Of a stretch of 64,000 nucleotides of DNA, positions 25,174-39,449 are shown piece after piece; within the stretch, counting starts at the first letter, position 1, and every line of letters begins with the position of its first letter. The notes beneath the pieces are model-generated. The model did not search any database, had not been told where the DNA came from, and was given only the letters and a program-made list of their open reading frames with translations. Origin of the DNA: the human T2T-CHM13v2.0 reference genome, Homo sapiens; assembly GCF_009914755.1 (NCBI RefSeq), contig NC_060948.1. One strand, written 5' to 3'. The translations under genes and the position numbers were made by a program.

Positions 25174-28100
25174 AGGCCTGGAATAAAGTGGAATGCTACG
25201 GTCTCGAATGGAATAAAAATGTATGGAATGGAATGCAATGAAACGGAATCGAATGTCATAGAATGTAATGGAATGCAAAAAAATGGAATCCAAAATCATT
25301 GACTGGAAAGGCTGGGTGTCGAAAGGAATTGACTCCAATGGAATGGAATCGAATGGAATGGAAGTGAATAGAATCGAACTAAATCGAATGGAATGGAATT
25401 GATAGGAACGGAATGGAAAGGAATGCAATGATTTGGCATGGAATGGAATCGAATGGCATCGAATGGAATGGAATGGAATGCAATGGAATGGAATGTATTA
25501 GAATGTAATGAACTTTAATGGAATGTACTCGAATGGATTCGACTGGAATGGAATGTTCTGGAAGTGAATGGACTCCAATGGAATGGATTCAAAAGGAATG
25601 GAATCGTACGGAATGGAATCTAATGGAATGGAATTAAATGGAAATGAATCAAATTGAATAGCACGGAATTGAATTGAATGGAATGGAATGCAATGGAATC
25701 TAATGAAACGGAAAGGAAAGGAATGGAATGGAATGGAATGGGCTGGAATGGAAAGGAATCGAAACGAATGGAATGGAATCGAACTGAAGAGACTGGAATG
25801 GAATGCACTGGAATGGAAGGGAGTGTAATGGAAGGTTCTCGAAAAAAATGGAATCAAATGGAATGGAATTGAATGGAACGGAATAGAGTCGAATGGAATT
25901 GAATGGAATGGAATGGACTAGAGTGAAATGGAATCGAACCACAAGGAATGGACAGGAATAGAATGGTCTCGAATTGAATGGAATCGTATGGAATGGCATC
26001 AAACGGAATGGAATGGACAGCCACGGAATGGAATGCACTCGAATGCAATGGAGTCGAAACTAATGGACTGGAATAGAATGGACTCGACTGGTACGGACTC
26101 CAATGGAATGGAATCGAATGGAAGGGAATCGAACGGAATGGACTCGAAGGGAAAAGACTGCAATGGAAAGGTCTCGAATGGAATGGAAATTAATGGAATG
26201 GAATGGAATCGAATGAAATGGAGTCAAAAGGAATGGAATCGAATGGCAAGAAATCGAATGTAATGGAATCGCAAGGAATTGATGTGAACGGAACGGAATG
26301 GAATGGAATCCAAAGGAATGGAATAGAATGGAATGGAATCGAATGGAAAGGACTCGAATGGAAATCACTCGAATAGAATGCAATTTAATAAAATAGGATC
26401 AAATGTAATGGAATGGAATGGAAAGGAATCGAAACGAAAGGAATGGAGACAGATGGAATGGAATGGAACAGAGAGCAATGGTATAGAATGGAATGGAATC
26501 ATCTGGAATGGAATTGAATGGAATGGAATAATATGAAATGGAATGGAATGGAATGGAATGGAATGTCCTTGAATTAAATGGACTGGAATGGAATGGACTC
26601 GAACAGAGTGGAATGGAAAGTGTTGAGATAGAATGCAATGGACTCCTTTGGAATGGTGTAGTATGCAATGCAATCGACTGGCAGGGAATCAAAAGGAATG
26701 TAATGGAATGGATTGGACTGGAATGCAATGGACTCGAATAGATTGGAAACGGAATGCAAAGGAATGGAATGGAATAGTATGGAATGGAATGGAAAGGAAT
26801 GGAGTGGAATAGACTAGAGTGGAATGGAATGGACTGGAAAGCAATGGACTGGAATGGAACTTTCTTGAATGGACTGGAATCAAACGGAATGGAATGCAAT
26901 GCAATCAAATGGCATGGAATAAAATAGAATGAAAGAGAATCAAATGGAATTGAATCGAATGGAATCGAATGGATTGGAAAGGAATAGAATGGAATGGAAT
27001 GGAATTGACTCAAATGGAATGGACTAGAATGGAATGGATTCGAATGGAAGGCAAAGGAATGGAATCTATTGGAATGGACTGTAATGGAATGGAATGGAAG
27101 GGATTGGAATGGACTCGAATGGAATGGACTGCAATAGAAAGGATTCGAATGGAATGAAAAAGAATTGAATGGAATAGAACAGAATGGAATCAAATCGAAT
27201 GAAATGGAATGGAATAGAAAGGAATGGAATGAAATGGAATGGAAAGGATTCGAATGGAATGCAATCGAATGGAATGGAATCGAACGGAATGGAATAAAAT
27301 GGAAGAAAACTGGCAAGAAATGGAATCGAAATGAATGGAGTGTTATGGAACGGACTCAAAAGGAATTGAATGTAATAGAATGGAGTGGAGTGGACTCGAA
27401 TATAATGGACTGGAATGGAATGAAATCACAAGGAATGGGAACGAATGGAATGGAATGGAAAGGAATGGAATCGAATGGAAAGGAATCGAATGGAAGGGAA
27501 TGAAATTGAATTAACAGGAATGGAAGGGAATAGAATAGACGGTAATGGAATGGACTCGAATAGAATGGACACGAATGCTGAAATTGAATGGACTCGAATG
27601 GAATGGAAACGAAAGGAATGTCATCGAATGGAATTGAATGGATTGGAATGAAATCGCATAGAATGGAGTGGAATCAAATGGAATTGAATCGAAAGGAAAG
27701 GAAGCGAATGGACTGAAATGAAATGGAATGGAATTGAATGGAAAGTAATGCAATGGAATAGAATGGAACGAAATTTCACGGAATGGAATCAAACTGAATG
27801 GAATCAAATCAATGGAATCAAATCAAATGGAATGGAAAGGAATTGAATGGAGTAGATTGGATTGGATGGGATTGGAATGAAATGTACTGGAAAGGACTCG
27901 AATTTCATGAAACGGAATGGAATGAATTGGAACGGAATGGACTCGAATGGAATGGAATGTCATGGAATGGCATCAAATGGAATGGCATCAAATGGAATGG
28001 AATCGAATGCAATGGAATGCTATGGAATGGAATGGAATGCATTGGAATGGAATGTCCTGTAATGGAATGGATTCGAGTGGAATGGAATCGAATATAATGG

Positions 28101-28742
28101 AGTCGAATGAAATGGAATTGAAAGGAATGGGATCGAATACAATGGAATATACTGGAATGTAATGTAATGAACTCGAATGTAATTGACTGGAATGGAATGT
28201 ACATGAATGGAATGTAATCGAATGGAAAGTAATCCAATGGAATAGAATCTAATGCAATAAAATCGACTCAGATAGAGTAGAATGTAATGGAATGGAGTGC
28301 AGTGCAATGGAATGGAATGGAATGGAATGCAATGGAATGGAATGGAATGGAATGGAATGGAATGGAATGGGATGGAATGGGATGGAATGGGATGGAATGG
28401 ATAGTAATGGACTGGAGTGAAATGGACTGGAAAGGAATGGACTCAAATTGATAGGGCTCGAAAGGAATGGAGTCAAATGGAATGGTCTGGAATGGAATGA
28501 ACACGAATGTAATGCAATCCAATAGAATGGAATCGAATGGCATGGAATATAAAGAAATGGAATCGAAGAGAATGGAAACAAATGGAATGGAATTGAATGG
28601 AATGGAATTGAATGGAATGGGAACGAATGGAGTGAAATTGTATGCAGTAGAAGGGAATAGAACGGAATGCAAGCGAAAGGAAAGGAATGGATTGGAATGG
28701 AATGGAATTCATTGGAATGGAAGGGAATGTAGTGTAATGGAC
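25174..28742 (+). repeat. DYZ1 unit U8, 3569 bp
   Basis: AGGCCT 25174 to 28743. Confidence 0.92.
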
Positions 28743-31700
28743 AGGCCTGGAATAAAGTGGAATGCTACGGTCTCGAATGGAATAAAAATGTATGGAATGG
28801 AATGCAATGAAACGGAATCGAATGTCATAGAATGTAATGGAATGCAAAAAAATGGAATCCAAAATCATTGACTGGAAAGGCTGGGTGTCGAAAGGAATTG
28901 ACTCCAATGGAATGGAATCGAATGGAATGGAAGTGAATACAATCGAACTAAATCGAATGGAATGGAATTGATAGGAACGGAATGGAAAGGAATGCAATGA
29001 TTTGGCATGGAATGGAATCGAATGGCATCGAATGGAATGGAATGGAATGCAATGGAATGGAATGTATTAGAATGTAATGAACTTTAATGGAATGTACTCG
29101 AATGGATTCGACTGGAATGGAATGTTCTGGAAGTGAATGGACTCCAATGGAATGGATTCAAAAGGAATGGAATCGTACGGAATGGAATCTAATGGAATGG
29201 AATTAAATGGAAATGAATCAAATTGAATAGCACGGAATTGAATTGAATGGAATGGAATGCAATGGAATCTAATGAAACGGAAAGGAAAGGAATGGAATGG
29301 AATGGAATGGGCTGGAATGGAAAGGAATCGAAACGAATGGAATGGAATCGAACTGAAGAGACTGGAATGGAATGCACTGGAATGGAAGGGAGTGTAATGG
29401 AAGGTTCTCGAAAAAAATGGAATCGAATGGAATGGAATTGAATGGAACGGAATAGAGTCGAATGGAATTGAATGGAATGGAATGGACTAGAGTGAAATGG
29501 AATCGAACCACAAGGAATGGACAGGAATAGAATGGTCTCGAATTGAATGGAATCGTATGGAATGGCATCAAACGGAATGGAATGGACAGCCACGGAATGG
29601 AATGCACTCGAATGCAATGGAGTCGAAACTAATGGACTGGAATAGAATGGACTCGACTGGTACGGACTCCAATGGAATGGAATCGAATGGAAGGGAATCG
29701 AACGGAATGGACTCGAAGGGAAAAGACTGCAATGGAAAGGTCTCGAATGGAATGGAAATTAATGGAATGGAATGGAATCGAATGAAATGGAGTCAAAAGG
29801 AATGGAATCGAATGGCAAGAAATCGAATGTAATGGAATCGCAAGGAATTGATGTGAACGGAACGGAATGGAATGGAATCCAAAGGAATGGAATAGAATGG
29901 AATGGAATCGAATGGAAAGGACTCGAATGGAAATCACTCGAATAGAATGCAATTTAATAAAATAGGATCAAATGTAATGGAATGGAATGGAAAGGAATCG
30001 AAACGAAAGGAATGGAGACAGATGGAATGGAATGGAACAGAGTGCAATGGTATAGAATGGAATGGAATCATCTGGAATGGAATTGAATGGAATGGAATAA
30101 TATGAAATGGAATGGAATGGAATGGAATGGAATGCCCTTGAATTAAATGGACTGGAATGGAATGGACTCGAACAGAGTGGAATGGAAAGTGTTGAGATAG
30201 AATGGAATGGACTCCTTTGGAATGGTGTAGTATGCAATGCAATCGACTGGCAGGGAATCAAAAGGAATGTAATGGAATGGATTGGACTGGAATGCAATGG
30301 ACTCGAATAGATTGGAAACGGAATGCAAAGGAATGGAATGGAATAGTATGGAATGGAATGGAAAGGAATGGAGTGGAATAGACTAGAGTGGAATGGAATG
30401 GACTGGAAAGCAATGGACTGGAATGGAACTTTCTTGAATGGACTGGAATCAAACGGAATGGAATGCAATGCAATCAAATGGCATGGAATAAAATAGAATG
30501 AAAGAGAATCAAATGGAATTGAATCGAATGGAATCGAATGGATTGGAAAGGAATAGAATGGAATGGAATGGAATTGACTCAAATGGAATGGACTAGAATG
30601 GAATGGATTCGAATGGAAGGCAAAGGAATGGAATCTATTGGAATGGACTGTAATGGAATGGAATGGAAGGGATTGGAATGGACTCGAATGGAATGGACTG
30701 CAATAGAAAGGATTCGAATGGAATGAAAAAGAATTGAATGGAATAGAACAGAATGGAATCAAATCGAATGAAATGGAATGGAATAGAAAGGAATGGAATG
30801 AAATGGAATGGAAAGGATTCGAATGGAATGCAATCGAATGGAATGGAATCGAACGGAATGGAATAAAATGGAAGAAAACTGGCAAGAAATGGAATCGAAA
30901 TGAATGGAGTGTTATGGAACGGACTCAAAAGGAATTGAATGTAATAGAATGGAGTGGAGTGGACTCGAATATAATGGACTGGAATGGAATGAAATCACAT
31001 GGAATGGGAACGAATGGAATGGAATGGAAAGGAATGGAATCGAATGGAAAGGAATCGAATGGAAGGGAATGAAATTGAATCAACAGGAATGGAAGGGAAT
31101 AGAATAGACGGTAATGGAATGGACTCGAATAGAATGGACACGAATGCTGAAATTGAATGGACTCGAATGGAATGGAAACGAAAGGAATGTCATCGAATGG
31201 AATTGAATCGATTGGAATGAAATCGCATAGAATGGAGTGGAATCAAATGGAATTGAATCGAAAGGAAAGGAAGCGAATGGACTGAAATGAAATGGAATGG
31301 AATTGAATGGAAAGTAATGCAATGGAATAGAATGGAACGAAATTTCACGGAATGGAATCAAACTGAATGGAATCAAATCAATGGAATCAAATCAAATGGA
31401 ATGGAAAGGAATTGAATGGAGTAGATTGGATTGGATGGGATTGGAATGAAATGTACTGGAAAGGACTCGAATTTCATGAAACGGAATGGAATGAATTGGA
31501 ACGGAATGGACTCGAATGGAATGGAATGTCATGGAATGGCATCAAATGGAATGGCATCAAATGGAATGGAATCGAATGCAATGGAATGCTATGGAATGGA
31601 ATGGAATGCATTGGAATGGAATGTCCTGTAATGGAATGGATTCGAGTGGAATGGAATCGAATATAATGGAGTCGAATGAAATGGAATTGAAAGGAATGGG

Positions 31701-32311
31701 ATCGAATACAATGGAATATACTGGAATGTAATGTAATGAACTCGAATGTAATTGACTGGAATGGAATGTACATGAATGGAATGTAATCGAATGGAAAGTA
31801 ATCCAATGGAATAGAATCTAATGCAATAAAACCGACTCAGATAGAGTAGAATGTAATGGAATGGAGTGCAGTGCAATGGAATGGAATGGAATGGAATGCA
31901 ATGGAATGGAATGGAATGGAATGGAATGGAATGGAATGGAATGGAATGGGATGGAATGGGATGGAATGGATAGTAATGGACTGGAGTGAAATGGACTGGA
32001 AAGGAATGGACTCAAATTGAAAGGGCTCGAAAGGAATGGAGTCAAATGGAATGGTCTGGAATGGAATGAACACGAATGTAATGCAATCCAATAGAATGGA
32101 ATCGAATGGCATGGAATATAAAGAAATGGAATCGAAGAGAATGGAAACAAATGGAATGGAATTGAATGGAATGGAATTGAATGGAATGGGAACGAATGGA
32201 GTGAAATTGTATGCAGTAGAAGGGAATAGAATGGAATGCAAGCGAAAGGAAAGGAATGGATTGGAATGGAATGGAATTCATTGGAATGGAAGGGAATGTA
32301 GTGTAATGGAC
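28743..32311 (+). repeat. DYZ1 unit U9, 3569 bp
   Basis: AGGCCT 28743 to 32312. Confidence 0.92.
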
Positions 32312-35300
32312 AGGCCTGGAATAAAGTGGAATGCTACGGTCTCGAATGGAATAAAAATGTATGGAATGGAATGCAATGAAACGGAATCGAATGTCATAGA
32401 ATGTAATGGAATGCAAAAAAATGGAATCCAAAATCATTGACTGGAAAGGCTGGGTGTCGAAAGGAATTGACTCCAATGGAATGGAATCGAATGGAATGGA
32501 AGTGAATAGAATCGAACTAAATCGAATGGAATGGAATTGATAGGAACGGAATGGAAAGGAATGCAATGATTTGGCATGGAATGGAATCGAATGGCATCGA
32601 ATGGAATGGAATGGAATGCAATGGAATGGAATGTATTAGAATGTAATGAACTTTAATGGAATGTACTCGAATGGATTCGACTGGAATGGAATGTTCTGGA
32701 AGTGAATGGACTCCAATGGAATGGATTCAAAAGGAATGGAATCGTACGGAATGGAATCTAATGGAATGGAATTAAATGGAAATGAATCAAATTGAATAGC
32801 ACGGAATTGAATTGAATGGAATGGAATGCAATGGAATCTAATGAAACGGAAAGGAAAGGAATGGAATGGAATGGAATGGGCTGTAATGGAAAGGAATCGA
32901 AACGAATGGAATGGAATCGAACTGAAGAGACTGGAATGGAATGCACTGGAATGGAAGGGAGTGTAATGGAAGGTTCTCGAAAAAAATGGAATCAAATGGA
33001 ATGGAATTGAATGGAACGGAATAGAGTCGAATGGAATTGAATGGAATGGAATGGACTAGAGTGAAATGGAATCGAACCACAAGGAATGGACAGGAATAGA
33101 ATGGTCTCGAATTGAATGGAATCGTATGGAATGGCATCAAACGGAATGGAATGGACAGCCACGGAATGGAATGCACTCGAATGCAATGGAGTCGAAACTA
33201 ATGGACTGGAATAGAATGGACTCGACTGGTACGGACTCCAATGGAATGGAATCGAATGGAAGGGAATCGAACGGAATGGACTCGAAGGGAAAAGACTGCA
33301 ATGGAAAGGTCTCGAATGGAATGGAAATTAATGGAATGGAATGGAATCGAATGAAATGGAGTCAAAAGGAATGGAATCGAATGGCAAGAAATCGAATGTA
33401 ATGGAATCGCAAGGAATTGATGTGAACGGAACGGAATGGAATGGAATCCAAAGGAATGGAATAGAATGGAATGGAATCGAATGGAAAGGACTCGAATGGA
33501 AATCACTCGAATAGAATGCAATTTAATAAAATAGGATCAAATGTAATGGAATGGAATGGAAAGGAATCGAAACGAAAGGAATGGAGACAGATGGAATGGA
33601 ATGGAACAGAGAGCAATGGTATAGAATGGAATGGAATCATCTGGAATGGAATTGAATGGAATGGAATAATATGAAATGGAATGGAATGGAATGGAATGGA
33701 ATGTCCTTGAATTAAATGGACTGGAATGGAATGGACTCGAACAGAGTGGAATGGAAAGTGTTGAGATAGAATGCAATGGACTCCTTTGGAATGGTGTAGT
33801 ATGCAATGCAATCGACTGGCAGGGAATCAAAAGGAATGTAATGGAATGGATTGGACTGGAATGCAATGGACTCGAATAGATTGGAAACGGAATGCAAAGG
33901 AATGGAATGGAATAGTATGGAATGGAATGGAAAGGAATGGAGTGGAATAGACTAGAGTGGAATGGAATGGACTGGAAAGCAATGGACTGGAATGGAACTT
34001 TCTTGAATGGACTGGAATCAAACGGAATGGAATGCAATGCAATCAAATGGCATGGAATAAAATAGAATGAAAGAGAATCAAATGGAATTGAATCGAATGG
34101 AATCGAATGGATTGGAAAGGAATAGAATGGAATGGAATGGAATTGACTCAAATGGAATGGACTAGAATGGAATGGATTCGAATGGAAGGCAAAGGAATGG
34201 AATCTATTGGAATGGACTGTAATGGAATGGAATGGAAGGGATTGGAATTGACTCGAATGGAATGGACTGCAATAGATAGGATTCGAATGGAATGAAAAAG
34301 AATTGAATGGAATAGAACAGAATGGAATCAAATCGAATGAAATGGAATGGAATAGAAAGGAATGGAATGAAATGGAATGGAAAGGATTCGAATGGAATGC
34401 AATCGAATGGAATGGAATCGAACGGAATGGAATAAAATGGAAGAAAACTGGCAAGAAATGGAATCGAAATGAATGGAGTGTTATGGAACGGACTCAAAAG
34501 GAATTGAATGTAATAGAATGGAGTGGAGTGGACTCGAATATAATGGACTGGAATGGAATGAAATCACAAGGAATGGGAACGAATGGAATGGAATGGAAAG
34601 GAATGGAATCGAATGGAAAGGAATCGAATGGAAGGGAATGAAATTGAATCAACAGGAATGGAAGGGAATAGAATAGACGGTAATGGAATGGACTCGAATA
34701 GAATGGACACGAATGCTCAAATTGAATGGACTCGAATGGATTGGAAACGAAAGGAATGTCATCGAATGGAATTGAATGGATTGGAATGAAATCGCATAGA
34801 ATGGAGTGGAATCAAATGGAATTGAATCGAAAGGAAAGGAAGCGAATGGACTGAAATGAAATGGAATGGAATTGAATGGAAAGTAATGCAATGGAATAGA
34901 ATGGAACGAAATTTCACGGAATGGAATCAAACTGAATGGAATCAAATCAATGGAATCAAATCAAATGGAATGGAAAGGAATTGAATGGAGTAGATTGGAT
35001 TGGATGGGATTGGAATGAAATGTACTGGAAAGGACTCGAATTTCATGAAACGGAATGGAATGAATTGGAACGGAATGGACTCGAATGGAATGGAATGTCA
35101 TGGAATGGCATCAAATGGAATGGCATCAAATGGAATGGAATCGAATGCAATGGAATGCTATGGAATGGAATGGAATGCATTGGAATGGAATGTCCTGTAA
35201 TGGAATGGATTCGAGTGGAATGGAATCGAATATAATGGAGTCGAATGAAATGGAATTGAAAGGAATGGGATCGAATACAATGGAATATACTGGAATGTAA

Positions 35301-35880
35301 TGTAATGAACTCGAATGTAATTGACTGGAATGGAATGTACATGAATGGAATGTAATCGAATGGAAAGTAATCCAATGGAATAGAATCTAATGCAATAAAA
35401 TCGACTCAGATAGAGTAGAATGTAATGGAATGGAGTGCAGTGCAATGGAATGGAATGGAATGGAATGGAATGCAATGGAATGGAATGGAATGGAATGGAA
35501 TGGAATGGGATGGAATGGGATGGAATGGTATGGAATGGATAGTAATGGACTGGAGTGAAATGGACTGCAAAGGAATGGACTCAAATTGAAAGGGCTCGAA
35601 AGGAATGGAGTCAAATGGAATGGTCTGGAATGGAATGAACACGAATGTAATGCAATCCAATAGAATGGAATCGAATGGCATGGAATATAAAGAAATGGAA
35701 TCGAAGAGAATGGAAACAAATGGAATGGAATTGAATGGAATGGAATTGAATGGAATGGGAACGAATGGAGTGAAATTGTATGCAGTAGAAGGGAATAGAA
35801 TGGAATGCAAGCGAAAGGAAAGGAATGGATTGGAATGGAATGGAATTCATTGGAATGGAAGGGAATGTAGTGTAATGGAC
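32312..35880 (+). repeat. DYZ1 unit U10, 3569 bp
   Basis: AGGCCT 32312 to 35881. Confidence 0.92.
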
Positions 35881-38800
35881 AGGCCTGGAATAAAGTGGAA
35901 TGCTACGGTCTCGAATGGAATAAAAATGTATGGAATGGAATGCAATGAAACGGAATCGAATGTCATAGAATGTAATGGAATGCAAAAAACTGGAATCCAA
36001 AATCATTGACTGGAAAGGCTGGGTGTCGAAAGGAATTGACTCCAATGGAATGGAATCGAATGGAATGGAAGTGAATAGAATCGAACTAAATCGAATGGAA
36101 TGGAATTGATAGGAACGGAATGGAAAGGAATGCAATGAATTGGCATGGAATGGAATCGAATGGCATCGAATGGAATGGAATGGAATGCAATGGAATGGAA
36201 TGTATTAGAATGTAATGAACTTTAATGGAATGTACTCGAATGGATTCGACTGGAATGGAATGTTCTGGAAGTGAATGGACTCCAATGGAATGGATTCAAA
36301 AGGAATGGAATCGTACGGAATGGAATCTAATGGAATGGAATTAAATGGAAATGAATCAAATTGAATAGCACGGAATTGAATTGAATGGAATGGAATGCAA
36401 TGGAATCTAATGAAACGGAAAGGAAAGGAATGGAATGGAATGGAATGGGCTGGAATGGAAAGGAATCGAAACGAATGGAATGGAATCGAACTGAAGAGAC
36501 TGGAATGGAATGCACTGGAATGGAAGGGAGTGTAATGGAAGGTTCTCGAAAAAAATGGAATGGAATGGAATGGAATTGAATGGAACGGAATAGAGTCGAA
36601 TGGAATTGAATGGAATGGAATGGACTAGAGTGAAATGGAATCGAACCACAAGGAATGGACAGGAATAGAATGGTCTCGAATTGAATGGAATCGTATGGAA
36701 TGGCATCAAACGGAATGGAATGGACAGCCACGGAATGGAATGCACTCGAATGCAATGGAGTCGAAACTAATGGACTGGAATAGAATGGACTCGACTGGTA
36801 CGGACTCCAATGGAATGGAATCGAATGGAAGGGAATCGAACGGAAGGGACTCGAAGGGAAAAGACTGCAATGGAAAGGTCTCGAATGGAATGGAAATTAA
36901 TGGAATGGAATGGAATCGAATGAAATGGAGTCAAAAGGAATGGAATCGAATGGCAAGAAATCGAATGTAATGGAATCGCAAGGAATTGATGTGAACGGAA
37001 CGGAATGGAATGGAATCCAAAGGAATGGAATAGAATGGAATGGAATCGAATGGAAAGGACTCGAATGGAAATCACTCGAATAGAATGCAATTTAATAAAA
37101 TAGGATCAAATGGAATGGAATGGAATGGAAAGGAATCGAAACGAAAGGAATGGAGACAGATGGAATGGAATGGAACAGAGAGCAATTGTATAGAATGGAA
37201 TGGAATCATCTGGAATGGAATTGAATGGAATGGAATAATATGAAATGGAATGGAATGGAATGGAATGGAATGTCCTTGAATTAAATGGACTGGAATGGAA
37301 TGGACTCGAACAGAGTGGAATGGAAAGTGTTGAGATAGAATGCAATGGACTCCTTTGGAATGGTGTAGTATGCAATGCAATCGACTGGCAGGGAATCAAA
37401 AGGAATGTAATGGAATGGATTGGACTGGAATGCAATGGACTCGAATAGATTGGAAACGGAATGCAAAGGAATGGAATGGAATAGTATGGAATGGAATGGA
37501 AAGGAATGGAGTGGAATAGACTAGAGTGGAATGGAATGGACTGGAAAGCAATGGACTGGAATGGAACTTTCTTGAATGGACTGGAATCAAACGGAATGGA
37601 ATGCAATGCAATCAAATGGCATGGAATAAAATAGAATGAAAGAGAATCAAATGGAATTGAATCGAATGGAATCGAATGGATTGGAAAGGAATAGAATGGA
37701 ATGGAATGGAATTGACTCAAATGGAATGGACTAGAATGGAATGGATTCGAATGGAAGGCAAAGGAATGGAATCTATTGGAATGGACTGTAATGGAATGGA
37801 ATGGAAGGGATTGGAATGGACTCGAATGGAATGGACTGCAATAGAAAGGATTCGAATGGAATGAAAAAGAATTGAATGGAATAGAACAGAATGGAATCAA
37901 ATCGAATGAAATGGAATGGAATAGAAAGGAATGGAATGAAATGGAATGGAAAGGATTCGAATGGAATGCAATCGAATGGAATGGAATCGAACGGAATGGA
38001 ATAAAATGGAAGAAAACTGGCAAGAAATGGAATCGAAATGAATGGAGTGTTATGGAACGGACTCAAAAGGAATTGAATGTAATAGAATGGAGTGGAGTGG
38101 ACTCGAATATAATGGACTGGAATGGAATGAAATCACAAGGAATGGGAACGAATGGAATGGAATGGAAAGGAATGGAATCGAATGGAAAGGAATCGAATGG
38201 AAGGGAATGAAATTGAATCAACAGGAATGGAAGGGAATAGAATAGACGGTAATGGAATGGACTCGAATAGAATGGACACGAATGCTCAAATTGAATGGAC
38301 TCGAATGGAATGGAAACGAAAGGAATGTCATCGAATGGAATTGAATGGATTGGAATGAAATCGCATAGAATGGAGTGGAATCAAATGGAATTGAATCGAA
38401 AGGAAAGGAAGCGAATGGACTGAAATGAAATGGAATGGAATTGAATGGAAAGTAATGCAATGGAATAGAATGGAACGAAATTTCACGGAATGGAATCAAA
38501 CTGAATGGAATCAAATCAATGGAATCAAATCAAATGGAATGGAAAGGAATTGAATGGAGTAGATTGGATTGGATGGGATTGGAATGAAATGTACTGGAAA
38601 GGACTCGAATTTCATGAAACGGAATGGAATGAATTGGAACGGAATGGACTCGAATGGAATGGAATGTCATGGAATGGCATCAAATGGAATGGCATCAAAT
38701 GGAATGGAATCGAATGCAATGGAATGCTATGGAATGGAATGGAATGCATTGGAATGGAATGTCCTCTAATGGAATGGATTCGAGTGGAATGGAATCGAAT

Positions 38801-39449
38801 ATAATGGAGTCGAATGAAATGGAATTGAAAGGAGTGGGATCGAATACAATGGAATATACTGGAATGTAATGTAATGAACTCGAATGTAATTGACTGGAAT
38901 GGAATGTACATGAATGGAATGTAATCGAATGGAAAGTAATCCAATGGAATAGAATCTAATGCAATAAAACCGACTCAGATAGAGTAGAATGTAATGGAAT
39001 GGAGTGCAGTGCAATGGAATGGAATGGAATGGAATGCAATGGAATGGAATGGAATGGAATGGAATGGAATGCAATGGAATGGAATGGGATGGAATGGGAT
39101 GGAATGGATAGTAATGGACTGGAGTGAAATGGACTGGAAAGGAATGGACTCAAATTGAAAGGGCTCGAAAGGAATGGAGTCAAATGGAATGGTCTGGAAT
39201 GGAATGAACACGAATGTAATGCAATCCAATAGAATGGAATCGAATGGCATGGAATATAAAGAAATGGAATCGAAGAGAATGGAAACAAATGGAATGGAAT
39301 TGAATGGAATGGAATTGAATGGAATGGGAACGAATGGAGTGAAATTGTATGCAGTAGAAGGGAATAGAATGGAATGCAAGCGAAAGGAAAGGAATGGATT
39401 GGAATGGAATGGAATTCATTGGAATGGAAGGGAATGTAGTGTAATGGAC
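35881..39449 (+). repeat. DYZ1 unit U11, 3569 bp
   Basis: AGGCCT 35881 to 39450. Confidence 0.92.
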
